Position numbers and translations under genes: made by a program. The notes beneath the pieces are model-generated. The model made no database searches. It was given only the letters and a program-made list of their open reading frames with translations, and was not told the DNA's origin. This document shows, piece after piece, positions 52,729-64,000 of a stretch of DNA of 64,000 nt (within the stretch, counting starts at the first letter, position 1; each line of letters starts with the position of its first letter). The stretch comes from Felis catus (lineage: Eukaryota), in the NCBI RefSeq assembly GCF_018350175.1, contig NC_058368.1:99884001-99948000 (forward strand), read 5' to 3'.

Positions 52729-54066
52729 TCCACTTTCAATTGCAGGAAAAATCTAGCTTTCTTTCAAGCTAGGGTAAAAAATGGAGTTTTAGTGAATTTA
52801 GTTTTATCTGAAACAATTTCTTCTTTTATTCAGACTCTCTTAAAAGCAATAGAATGCATTCAACCTCTTTTCCCGCAGGATTTGACATTAGAAAGTCTCT
52901 TACATGTGTTCAGAAGTCTGTGATAACCAGTAAGAATTATTAGGACCAGAGATTTCTCAGGATCCTTGGAATAAATCTTGGTTTTTGAAAGCATATAAAT
53001 TCGATTCAAAAATCTAAAACTTACCATATTCAAATTTGAAAAAGTCAGTTTCAAGATAAACTGATGTTACCACCTCTGATTTCAAAACCAAACCTTTATG
53101 GAAATAAAATATAAGATAAAAAATCTTGAATTCTTATGTGTATTTCTCATGACATACATTGTACACCACACAAAGTTCAACTATTGTGCTACTTGAAAAC
53201 TTGTTGTGATTTGCAAGGAAAACAGTTTTCCTCTCTGTTTTGGCTAAATTAGAAGTTAATGAACTAGGTATTCCAGTGTGGCATTAATGTAAATAAATAC
53301 AAATCTACAACGAAGAGAGTTAATCAAATTGAGTTTCACAATACATTTTCCCAAGTACATTTTGCACAAGAGTACAGACTGAGGAGTAATTATTTTTATG
53401 CATGGGCACTTGGCATTTTCAACTTGAGAAACATTTTTGCCAAGTGAAGTCAATTCTATTTATAAGCAAAACCCATTGGTTGCTAATGTTAGGACACCAT
53501 CTTGTGGCTAAGACATCTAGTTTGAAAACCTGTTTTTTTAAATTACTTACATAGCAAAAGATAAAATTTGTTTTAAGTATAACAGAAACCAATCAATAGC
53601 ATCACTTTTATTTTCTTATCAAGTAGACATAAGGTTAAGTTTAAGAAAAGAATACTGAATAATTTTTATCAAAAGAACCTTTTTCTCACTGTACATATAT
53701 CAGCTACAAATCAAATGCTACATTCAAAAATTCCTATCTGTTTTAAAAATAGTTTAATGAAATTTTTCTAAAAAGAAATTAATTAAATCTTACTAGTAAA
53801 GGTAACCTTTCATTTAACATGATAGTATAGTGCCAAACACTTTAAATAAGATGTAGATTGACTGGCTATCTATTTTTCCTGTGTTTCACTTGGACAATAT
53901 TCATAAAAATATCTGAAGGATATGAGAACTTCAAATATCAAAAAGTATTAGTATTTAAAAAGTATTTAAAAAGTATTAATATCTCCAGTAGCCTGCCTAC
54001 ATAGCTAAAATTAAAAAAAAAAAAGGCCTTAACACTTATAGGAACACTGCTATAATTAGACATTTT

Positions 54067-54306
54067 ATTTTATTATTTTTAATACTTATTTATTTAATAA
54101 TATAACACTTAAATAAGTAAAATAATTTCATGCTTATTTATTTTAAAGCATGAGCAGTGGAGGGGCTGAGAGAGGGGGAAAGAAGATCCCAAGCAGGCTC
54201 TATGCTGACAGCAGTGAGCCCAATATGGGGCTTGAACTCATGAACCACAAGATTATGATCTGAAAGGAAGTTGGATGCTCAACTGATTGAGCCACTCAGG
54301 TGCCCC
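54067..54306 (-). mobile_element. Can-SINE with a rearranged tail
   Basis: TSD aattagacatttta on both sides; the (GA)n tract is replaced by AT-rich sequence. Confidence 0.9.
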
Positions 54307-54799
54307 TGCAATTAGACATTTTAAAACACAAGTACATTAGCAGAGCATGGTACAAGAGGCTGAATGGGTGCTGTCTAATTCTACCTCTGTGACCAATCAG
54401 CCACCCATCATGGACAAATCAATTCACTTATTAGGTACTAATTATCATGGCTGTCAAAAGAAATAATAGCAGCTTATCCAGAGAATTTTTGCGAACATAA
54501 AAAAATGGTATGCATAAAATTTCTGGGTGACTGTAATACAGGAAATTAAGGAGAAATGGATATTATCTTTTTCCAGATCCTGGTTCCAATCCATGACCTC
54601 TGAAATTACTGTGATTTCTTTAGCAGTTTTGATAGATCATCCCTATACCCTTCCAACACATTTTTTTTCTTCTTCTTTTTTTTTTCTTTTAGTAAACTAT
54701 TTTAAGTCAGATTCTGTCACTTGTAATAAACCAGTTTGGTTAACACACCAATGACTTTGGGAAAGCAATTACCCCCACTTAATGGAGGAGGGATTAAAA

Positions 54800-54985
54800 A
54801 TGCAGGGTTGATCACAGGTATAGGTTTGAATTCTGACTTCTTCACTTGCCAGTTGTGTTACTTTTGGTGAGTTATTGAGCTTTCTCTGCCTTGATTTTCT
54901 CATTTTCCTTGCAGAATTATGTAGAGTGCTAAATTAAAGTTTGTAAGGCATTTATCACAGTGAATGGCTATGTTGAATGAAATGT
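54800..54985 (+). mobile_element. MIR SINE
   Basis: ggtttgaattctgacttcttcacttgccagttgtgttacttttggtgagtta...ctctgccttgattttctcat core. Confidence 0.65.
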
Positions 54986-55117
54986 GGCAAAAAATGGTAA
55001 TTATCATAATTATTATAAGTTGATATTATTTTATTTGATGTCCTCTCAAACTTGAAAATAACCCATTGTGTGAAATATTCATCAGTCATAATACTTGTAA
55101 AGAAATAATGCTGTTCT

Positions 55118-55330
55118 GGGGTGCCTGGGTATCTCAGCCGGTTAAACATACAACTTAAGCTCAGGTCATGATCTTGTGGTTTGTGGGTTTGAGCTCCTGA
55201 TCGGGCTCTGTGCTGACAGCTCAGATCTTGGAGCCTGAGAGGGATTCTGTGTCTCTCTCCCTCTCTGCTCCATCCCTGCTCATGCTCTGTCTCTCTCCGT
55301 CTCACAAAATTAAATAAATATTTTTAAAAA
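55118..55330 (+). mobile_element. Can-SINE
   Basis: ggggtgcctgggtatctcagccggttaa head, (CT)n, A-rich tail. Confidence 0.93.
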
Positions 55331-55724
55331 ATTCTTCATTGATGCCCACAAAACATCCGGTCAGGGGATGCCTTAAATGATATTTTGATAGAGACAGAAT
55401 TGATTTCCTCTAAATGGCCGAAGCTTTAAAACAACTGGTAATTTCCCACAAAACACAGAAAACAATACACGCAACTCTTTGAAAGATTTTGATTTTCACA
55501 AATCATTAGTCTAAAATGAAAATAATTTACGAAAATATTTGACTTATAGAATTGACTTAACTTCCCTATAATAAATTTGAGGCTGCTTTCGTTAACTTGA
55601 TGAGTCAAGATTCAGCAGACTATTCAAATAGCCTCATCATGAAATGATCAGGTATCTTGGAAAAATATAAGATAGCCCTTAGTCTCTTTTATCATTTGGC
55701 TCATTCAAAAGTAAAAAATGCCAG

Positions 55725-56329
55725 TGGGAGGTAATGGCAGACTAATTAGGAGGATCCTAAGCTCACCTTGTCCCGTGGATACACATAAGTAACAGCCGTA
55801 TCAAGGTAACTAACTCAGAAAATAAACCAAAAGGCTGGAAGAACAGAATTTCCACAGTTAATCATAGAAAGAAGACCACATCAAAAATGGCAGGATGGGC
55901 AGGGACCCAGTAGAGGACAAAACTAATCTGTGAGACTAACCACACATGGGAGGGACACCACAAGCATGGAGAAGGAAGAGGAATAGACTCCATACCAGGC
56001 ACCGCAGACATAAGGGACATGCACTGATAAGATGAGTCCTCATAACATTTGGCTTTGGAAATTACAGGGGCATAATTTCATGAGTTTTTACAATCAAAGG
56101 GGCTTAACACCAGGAACTTTAAAAATCAGTGGCTTCAGCTCTAGGAGAGCTCGCAGAAGATAGCAAACTGAGTCCTCACCCTTAAAGGACAAACATAACA
56201 AATAACCCAACTGAAACACAGCAAAGAGGAGCAGTTTGAAAAACTTATACATGAAGAAGACTTATTAATCTCAGAATATGCCCTGGAAGGACAAGGATCT
56301 TTAGAAGACTTCTCCAAGAACAAAAGTGC
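55725..56329 (+). mobile_element. 5' UTR of an older carnivore L1 (apparent host of the nested L1)
   Basis: atggcagac...taggaggatcctaagctcacct.gtccc start resembles the L1 5' ends at 33995 and 56330. Confidence 0.7.
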
Positions 56330-57246
56330 TGGGGGAAGATGGTGGTGTAGGAGTACACTGGGCTCACCACGTCCTGCGGACCACTTAGATTCCACACACA
56401 CCTGCCTAAATAACCCAGAAAACTACCAGAAGACTAGCAGAATGGATTCTCTGGAGCCAAGCGTGGACGAGAGGCCCTCAGAAAAGGGTAGGAAGGGCAG
56501 AGAGGCGGTGCGCACTACACGGACTGGCGGGAGGGAGCCGGGGCAGAGGGACAGCCCACCGGCAAAGCAGAGCCCCCAAGTCCGGCTTGCAAAAGCAGAG
56601 GGGCTGGACGGACTGTGTTCTGACAGCAAGCGGGACTTAACATCTGGAAGGTTATAAGTTAACAGCTTTGCTCGGAGAGCGGGAGGGCTGGATGACAACG
56701 GGAGGGAGAGTTGTTGAGCCCCAGACGACGCAGCGCGGCTTGGTGGGGAACAAAGGTGCTCACCAGCACCATCTCCCTCACCCATCCACCAGCCAAAATC
56801 CCAAAGGGAACCAGTTCCTGTCAGGGAACTTGCTTGCACCCCGCAAACACCCAATGTTGTGCTTCTGCAGATCCATCCCTCCGGTGGGTCTAACTTCATC
56901 CCACTGCCGCAGGGCCCCTCCCAAAGCTGATCTCTGAAGGAAAAGTGAGCTGAGCCTACCCCTCCCGCCCCTGTGCACCTTGCGGATCCACCCGAGCTAA
57001 TACACCAGATCCCCAGCACCACAAGCCTGACAGTGTGCAAGTAGCCCAGACGGGCCACGCCACCCCAAGTGAATCTCACCCCTAGGAGAGGGGAAGAGAA
57101 GGCACACACCAGTCTGACTGTGGCCCCAGCAGTGGGATGGGGGCAGATTTCAGGTCTGACTGCAGCTTCACCCACCAACGCAAGTCATTCAAGACAGCAC
57201 AGGCGAAGTGCCCTGCAGTTCTGTACCACTCCCGGGACTATCCAAA

Positions 57247-58146
57247 ATGACAAAACAGAAGAAGTCCCCTCAAAAAAACCCTCCAGGAAATAACGACAGC
57301 TAACGAACTGATCAAAAATGATTTAAACAATATAACAGAAAGTGAATTTAGAATAATAGTCATAAAAGTAATCGCTGGGCTTGAAAACAGTATAAAGGAC
57401 AGCAGAGAATCTATTGCTATAGAGAGCAAGGGACTGACTAAGGAATACCCAGGAGGAGCTACAAAATGCTATTAATGAGCTGCAAAATAAAATGGAGATG
57501 ACCATTGATTGGTCGGATTGAAGAGGCAGAGGAAAGAATAGGTGAACTACAAGATAACATTATGGAAAAAGAAGAAGCTGAGAAAAAGAGAGATAAAAAA
57601 ATCCAGGAGTATGAGGGGAAAATTAGAGACTAAGTGATGCACTAAAGAGAAATAACTACGCATAATTGGTATTCCAGAGGAGGAAGAGAGAGGGAAAGTG
57701 CTAAAGGTGTACTTGAGGAAATAATAGCGGAGAACTTCCCTGATCTGGAGAAGGAAAAAGGCATTGAAATCCAAGAGGCACAGAGAACTCCCTTCAGACG
57801 TAACTTGAATCGATCTTCGGCACGACATATCATAGTAAAACAGGCAAAATACAAGGATAAAGAGAAAATTCTGAAAGCAGCTAGGGATAAACATGCTCTA
57901 ACATATAAAGGGCGATGGATAAGACTACTGACCGATCTCTCTACTGAAACTTGGCAGGCCAGAAAGGAATGGCAGGAAATCTTCAATTCAATGAACAGAA
58001 AAAATACACAGCCGAGAATTCTCTATCCAGCAAATCTGTCATTTAGAATACAAGGAGAGATAAAGGTCTTCCCAAACAAACAAAAACTGAAGAAATTCAT
58101 CACCACTAAACCAGCCCTACAAGAGATCCTAAGGGATTTCCTGTGA
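57247..58146 (+). pseudogene. L1 ORF1p (disrupted)
   Basis: ATG at 57247; C-terminal RHIIVK..KEKILKAAR..YKG..DLSTETWQARKEW..RILYPA motifs; stops and frameshifts upstream. Confidence 0.9.
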
Positions 58147-58196
58147 GACAAAGTGCCAGAGACATCACTACAAGCATGAAACCTACAGACATCACA

Positions 58197-61100
58197 ATGA
58201 CTCTAAACCCATACCTTTCTATAATAACACTGAATGTAAATGGACTAAATGTGCAAACCAAAAGACATAGGGTATCAGAATGGATAAAAAAAACAAGACC
58301 CACCTGTTTGCTGTCTACAAGAGACTCATTTTAGACCTGAGGACACCTTCAGATTGAAAGTTAGGGGATGGAGAACTATTTACCATGCTACTGGAAGTCA
58401 AAACAAAGCTGGAGTAGCCAAACTTATATCAGACAAATTAGACTTTAAATTGAAGGCTGTAACAAGAGATGAAGAAGGGCATTATATAATAATTACAGTG
58501 TCTATCCATCAAGAACTAACAATTATAAATGTCTATGTGCTGACTATGGGAGCCCCCAAATATATAAAACAATTACTCACAAACATAAGCAACCTTATTG
58601 ACAAGAATGTGGTAATTGCAGGGGACTTTAATACCCCACTTACCACAATGGATAGATCATCTAGACACATGGTCAATAAAGAAACAAGGCCCCGGAATGA
58701 TACATTGGATCAGATGAACTTGACAGATATATTTAGAACTCTGCATCCCAAAGCAACAGAATATACTTTCTTCTCGAGTGCACATGGAACATTCTCCAAG
58801 ATAGATCACATACTGGGTCACAAAACAGCCCTTCATAAGTATACAAGAATTGAAATCATACCATGCATACTTTCAGACCACAATGCTATGAAGCTTGAAA
58901 TCAGCCACAGGAAAAACTCTGGAAAACCTCCAAAAGCATGGAGGTTAAAGAACATCCTACTAAAGAATGAATGGATCAACCAGGCAATTAGAGAAGAAAT
59001 TAAAAAATATATGGAAACAAATGAAAATGAAAATACAATAATCCAAATGCTTTGGGATGCAGTGACGGTAGTCCTGAGAGGAAAATACATTGCAATCCAG
59101 GCCTATCTCAAGAAACAAGAAAAATCCCAAATACAAAATTTAACAGCACACCTAAAGGAAATAGAAGCAGGACAGCAAAGACACCCGAAACTGTGCAGAA
59201 GAAGAGAAATAATAAAGATCAGAGCAGAAATAAACAATATAGAATCTAAAAAAACTGTAGAGCAGATCAACGAAACCAAGAGTTGGCTTTTTGAAAAAAA
59301 TAAACAAAATTGATAAACCTCTAGCCAGGCTTCTCAAAAAGAAAAGGGAGAGGACCCAAATAGATAAAATCATGAATGAAAATGGAATTATTACAACCAA
59401 TCCCTCAGAAATACAAGCAATTATAGGCAATACTATGAAAAATTATACGCCAACAAACTCGACAACCTGGAAGAAATGGACAAATTCCTAAACACCCACA
59501 CACTTCCAAAACTTAAACAGGAGGAAATAGAAAGCTTGAACAGACCCATAACCAGCGAATAAATTGAATCCGTTTTCAAAAATCTCCCAACAAATAAGAG
59601 TCCAGGACCAGATGGCCTCCCTGGGGAATTCTACCAAACATTTAAAGCAGAGGTAATACCTATCCTTCTCAAGCTGTTCCAACAAAAAGAAAGGGAAGGA
59701 AAACTTCCAGACTCATTCTCTGAAGCCAGTATTACTTTGATTCCTAAACCAGAGAGAGACCAGGTAAAAAAAGAGAAGTATAGGCCAATATCCCTGATGA
59801 ATATGGATGCAAAAATTCCCAATAAGATACTAGCAAATTGAATTCAACAGCATATAAAAAGAAGTATTCACCATGATCAAGTGGGATTCATTCATGGGAT
59901 GCAGGTCTGGTTCAACACTCGCAAATCAATCAACATGATACATCACATTAATAAAAGAAAAGATAAGAACCATATGATCCTGTCAATCGATGCAGAAAAA
60001 GCATTTGACAAAATTCAGCATCCTTTCTTAATAAAAACCCTCGAGAAAGTCGGGATAGAAGGAACATATTAAACATCATAAAAGCGATTTATGAAAAGCC
60101 CACAGATACTATAATCCTCAATGGGGAAAAACTGAGAGCTTTTTCCCTGAGATCAGGAACATGACAGGGATGTCCACTCTCACCGCTGCTGTTTAACATA
60201 GTGTTGGAAGTGCTAGCATCAGCAATCAGACAACAAAAGGAAATCAAAGGCATCAAAATTGGCAAAGATGAAGTTAAGCTTTCACTTTTTACAGATGACA
60301 TGATATTATACATGGAAAATCCAATAGACTCTACCAAGAGTCTGTTAGAACTGATACATGAATTCAGCAAAGTTGCAGGATACAAAATCAAAGTACAGAA
60401 ATCAGTTGCCTTCTTATACACTAATAATGAAACAACAGAAAGACAAATAAAGAAACTTATCTCATTCACATTTGCACCAACAAGCTTAAAATACCTAGGA
60501 ATAAATCTAACTAAAGATGTAAAAGATCTATATGCTGAAAACTATAGAAAGCTTATGAAGGAAATTGAAGAAGATATAAAGAAATGGAAAAACATCCCAT
60601 GCTCATGTAATGGAAGAATAAATATTGATAAAATGTCAATACTACCAAAAGCTATCTACACATTCAATGCAATCCCAATCAAAATTGCACCAGCATTCTT
60701 CTCGAAGCTAGAACAAGCAATCCTAAAATTCATATGGAACCACAAAAGGCCCCGAATAGCCAAAGTAATTTTGAAGAAGAAGACCAAAGCAGGAGGCATC
60801 ACAATCCCAGACTTCAGCCTCTACTACAAAGCTGTCATCATCAAGACAGCATGGTATTGGCACAAAAACAGACACATAAACCAATGGAATAGAATAGAAA
60901 CCCCAGAATTAGACCCACAAAAGTATGGCCAACTCATCTTTGACAAAGCAGGAAAGAATATCCAATGGAAAAAAAGACAGTCTCTTTAACAAATGGTGAT
61001 GGGAGAACTGGACAGCAACATGCAGAAGAATGAAACTAGACCACTTTCTCACACCATTCACAAAAATAAACTCAAAATGGATCAAGGACCTGAATGTGAG

Positions 61101-62021
61101 ACAGGAAACCATCAAAACCCTAGAGGAGAAAGCAGGAAAAGACCTCTCTGACCTCAGCCACAGCAATTTCTTACTTGACACATCTCCAAAGGCAAGGGAA
61201 TTAAAAGCAAAAATGAACTATTGGGACCTCATGAAGATAAAAAGCTTCCGCACAGCAAAGGAAACAATCAACAAAACTAAAAGGCAACCAACGGAATGGG
61301 AAAAGATATTTGCAAATGACATATCGGACAAAGGGCTAGTATCCAAAATCTATAAAGAGCTCACCAAGCTCCACACCTGAAAAACAAATAATCCAGTGAA
61401 GAAATGGGCAGAAAACATGAATAGACACTTCTCTCAAGAAGGCATCCAGATGGCGAACAGGCACATGAAAAGATGCTCAACGTCGCTCCTCATCAGGGAA
61501 ATACAAATCAAAACCACACTCAGATACTACCTCACACCTTTCAGAGTGGCTAAAATGAACAAATCAGGAGACTATAGATGCTGGAGAGGATGTGGAGAAA
61601 CGGGAACCCTCTTGCACTGTTGGTGGGAATGCAAACTGGTGCAGCCGCTCTGGAAAACAGTGTGGAGCTTCTTCAAAAAAATTAAAAATAGATGTACCCT
61701 ATGACCCAGCAATAGCACTGCTAGGAATTTACCCAAGGGATACAGGAGTACTGATGCATAGGGGCACTTGTACCCCAATGCTTATAGCAGCACTCTCAAC
61801 AATAGTCAAATTATGGAAAGAGCCTAAATGTCCATCAACGGATGTATGGATAAAAAAAAATGTGGTTTATATACACAATGGAGTAGTACGTGGCAATGAG
61901 AAAGAATGAAATATGGCCCTTTGTAGCAACGTGGATGGAACTGGAGAGTGTTATGCTAAGTGAAATAAGTCATACAGAGAAAGACAGATACCATATGTTT
62001 TCACTCTTATGTGGAATCTGA
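58197..62021 (+). pseudogene. L1 ORF2p endonuclease/reverse transcriptase (disrupted)
   Basis: APE endonuclease motifs GDFNTPL, SKIDHILG and SDH; RT motifs [11 protein letters not shown] and LFTDD (60288-60299, canonical FADD); broken into several ORFs by frameshifts and stops. Confidence 0.93.
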
Positions 62022-62280
62022 GAAACTTAACAGAAGACCATGAAAGAGGGGAAGGAAAAAAAAAGGTTAGAGAGGGAGGGAGCCAAAACATAAGAGACCC
62101 TGAAAAACTGAGAACAAACTGAGGGTTGATAGGGGAGTGGGAGGGAGGGAAGGGTGGGTGATAGGTATTGAGGAAGGCACCTGTTGGAATGAGCACTGGA
62201 TGTTGTATGGAAACCAATTTGACAATAAATTTCATATTTAAAAATAAAAAATAATAATAAAAAATAAAAAAAAATATTTA

Positions 62281-63856
62281 AAAAAAGAACCGGAGTTAAA
62301 GAACTCAATAAATGAAATAAAAAATGTACCCAACAGAATAGACAGACTAGAGGAATAAAAAGAACAGATCAGTTACCTGAAGGACAGGGGTACTGGAAAG
62401 CAACCAATCTGAACAGAAAAAGAATTTTAAAAATTAGAGTAGGTTAAGGGAGCTCAGCAACATCATCAAGCATAAAAACATTTGTATTATAGGAATCCAA
62501 GAAGGAGAAGAAAGAGAAAAAGGACAGAGAATTTATCTGAAGAAATGACAGCTGAAAACTTCCCTAATTAGGAAAACAAACCAACAAACATCCAGTCTTG
62601 CAATCAAGACTACTCTATCCAGCAAGGTTATCATTCAGAATAGGAGATAGGAAAGATAAAGAATTTTCCAGACAACCAAAAGTTAAAGGAATTCATTACC
62701 ATTAGACCAGCCTTACAAGAAACATTAAAGCGAATTCTCTGAATGGAAACAAAAGCCTATAATCAGAAGTAAGAAAATTAGAAAAGAAAAAAAAGATTCA
62801 CAGATACATACAAACATAATAAATGTGTGGATTAATCGTGTATAAAACCAGTACAGAGATTAAAGCACAAAAGCAGTAAAATCAATTTTATCTATAAAAA
62901 TCAGTCAAGGGATTCACAAAATAAAAGGATGTAAGGTATGACATCATATACATAAAATATGGTTGGAGAGGAAGTAAAAATTTAGTGCTTTAAGAATGGG
63001 TTCAGACTTAAGCGATCATCATCCTGAAGTAGGCTGCTACATGCATAGGATGTTACATATAAACGTCAAGGTAACCGTAAATCAAAAACCTGTAATATAT
63101 ATGCAAAAAATAAAGATACAGGAACATGCTGATTAAAAGTGAAGGGATGGATATTATGCAAATGAAAGCAAAAAGAAAGCTAGTTACCAATACTTACATT
63201 GGACGAAACAGACTTTGAACAAACACTGTAACAAGACACAAAGGATACTACCAAATCATAAAAGTGACAATTCAACAAGAAGTTATAATAATTGTAAATA
63301 TGCACCGAACATGAAAGCATCCAAATACATAAAACAAGTATTAATAGACATTACCAAGGAAGAAATTGATAGCAAAACAATAATGGTAGGGAACATTAAC
63401 ATCCCACTAGATCAATGGATATTTCATCCACACATAAAATCAATAAGGAAATAGTGGGTTTGAATGACACATTGGACCAGATAGACCTAATAGACATACT
63501 CAGAACATTCCATCCCAAAACAACAGAATATATATTATTTTCAAGTGCACATGGAACATTCTCCAAAATAGACCACATGTTAGGCCACAAAACATGTCCA
63601 ACAAATCCAAAAAGGTTGCAATCATATTGTGCATCTTTTCTGACCACAATGGTATGGAAACTAAAAATCAAACACAAGAAAAAAGTCTGGAAAGAATGCA
63701 AAGACAAGGAGGTTAAATAACATGCCACTAAATAATAAATGGGCCAACCAAGAAATCAAAGAATAAATAATAAAATACATGAGACAAATGAAAATGAAAA
63801 CACATGATCCAAAATATTTGGATGCAGCAAAAACTGTTCTAAGAGGGAAGATTATA
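62281..63856 (+). mobile_element. Continuation of an older L1 (part of ORF1, inter-ORF, ORF2 endonuclease) with internal deletions
   Basis: Collinear with 35300-37545 of the other old L1; LNDTLDQIDLIDILRTFHPKTTEYILFSSAHGTFSKIDHMLGHK. Confidence 0.9.
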
Positions 63857-64000
63857 GGGGCACCTGGATGGCTCAGGCAGTTAAGCATCCGACTTCAGCT
63901 CAGATCATGATCTCATGGTTTGTGAGTTCAAGCCCCACATTGGGCTCTGAGCTCACAGCTCACAGCTCAGAGCCTAGAGCCTGCTTTGGATTCTGTGTCT
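63857..64000 (+). mobile_element. Can-SINE nested in L1 (cut by the window edge)
   Basis: ggggcacctggatggctcaggcagttaagcatccgacttcagctca head. Confidence 0.93.

Larger units (their letters stand above)
56330..62280 (+). mobile_element. Full-length (~6 kb) felid L1, inactive
   Basis: gggggaagatgg 5' end; CpG-containing 5' UTR; ORF1 and ORF2 remnants; G-rich 3' UTR, aataaa and A-rich tail. Confidence 0.97.

Noticed and set aside
56330..62280. Potentially active L1
   Set aside because: ORF1 and ORF2 carry multiple stops and frameshifts, and the RT motif is FTDD instead of FADD.

Overview
Mammalian genomic DNA, almost certainly from a felid: the ~24 tRNA-derived Can-SINEs are mostly of the cat-type (SINEC_Fc-like) form, and carnivore LINE-1s are present. 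The only credible protein-coding gene is the intronless mitochondrial ferritin retrogene FTMT (29590-30318, +, 242 aa), which sits in a small CpG island. The rest is repeat-rich intergenic DNA: two roughly full-length dead L1s (one inside an L2, one nested in an older L1), short L1 3' ends, L2/MIR, MaLR/ERVL LTRs, hAT and Tigger fossils, and microsatellites. I found no convincing new biological system. The best leads are (i) a perfect 88-bp palindrome at a deletion scar in an L1, (ii) FTMT regulatory oddities (no nearby AATAAA, an overlapping upstream ORF, an IRE-like hairpin in the targeting-peptide codons), (iii) an L1-in-L1 insertion with host deletion, and (iv) a candidate 72-nt minus-strand exon. 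Repeat family names come from remembered consensus sequences, not from a database search. Boundaries without target-site duplications (TSDs) are approximate.
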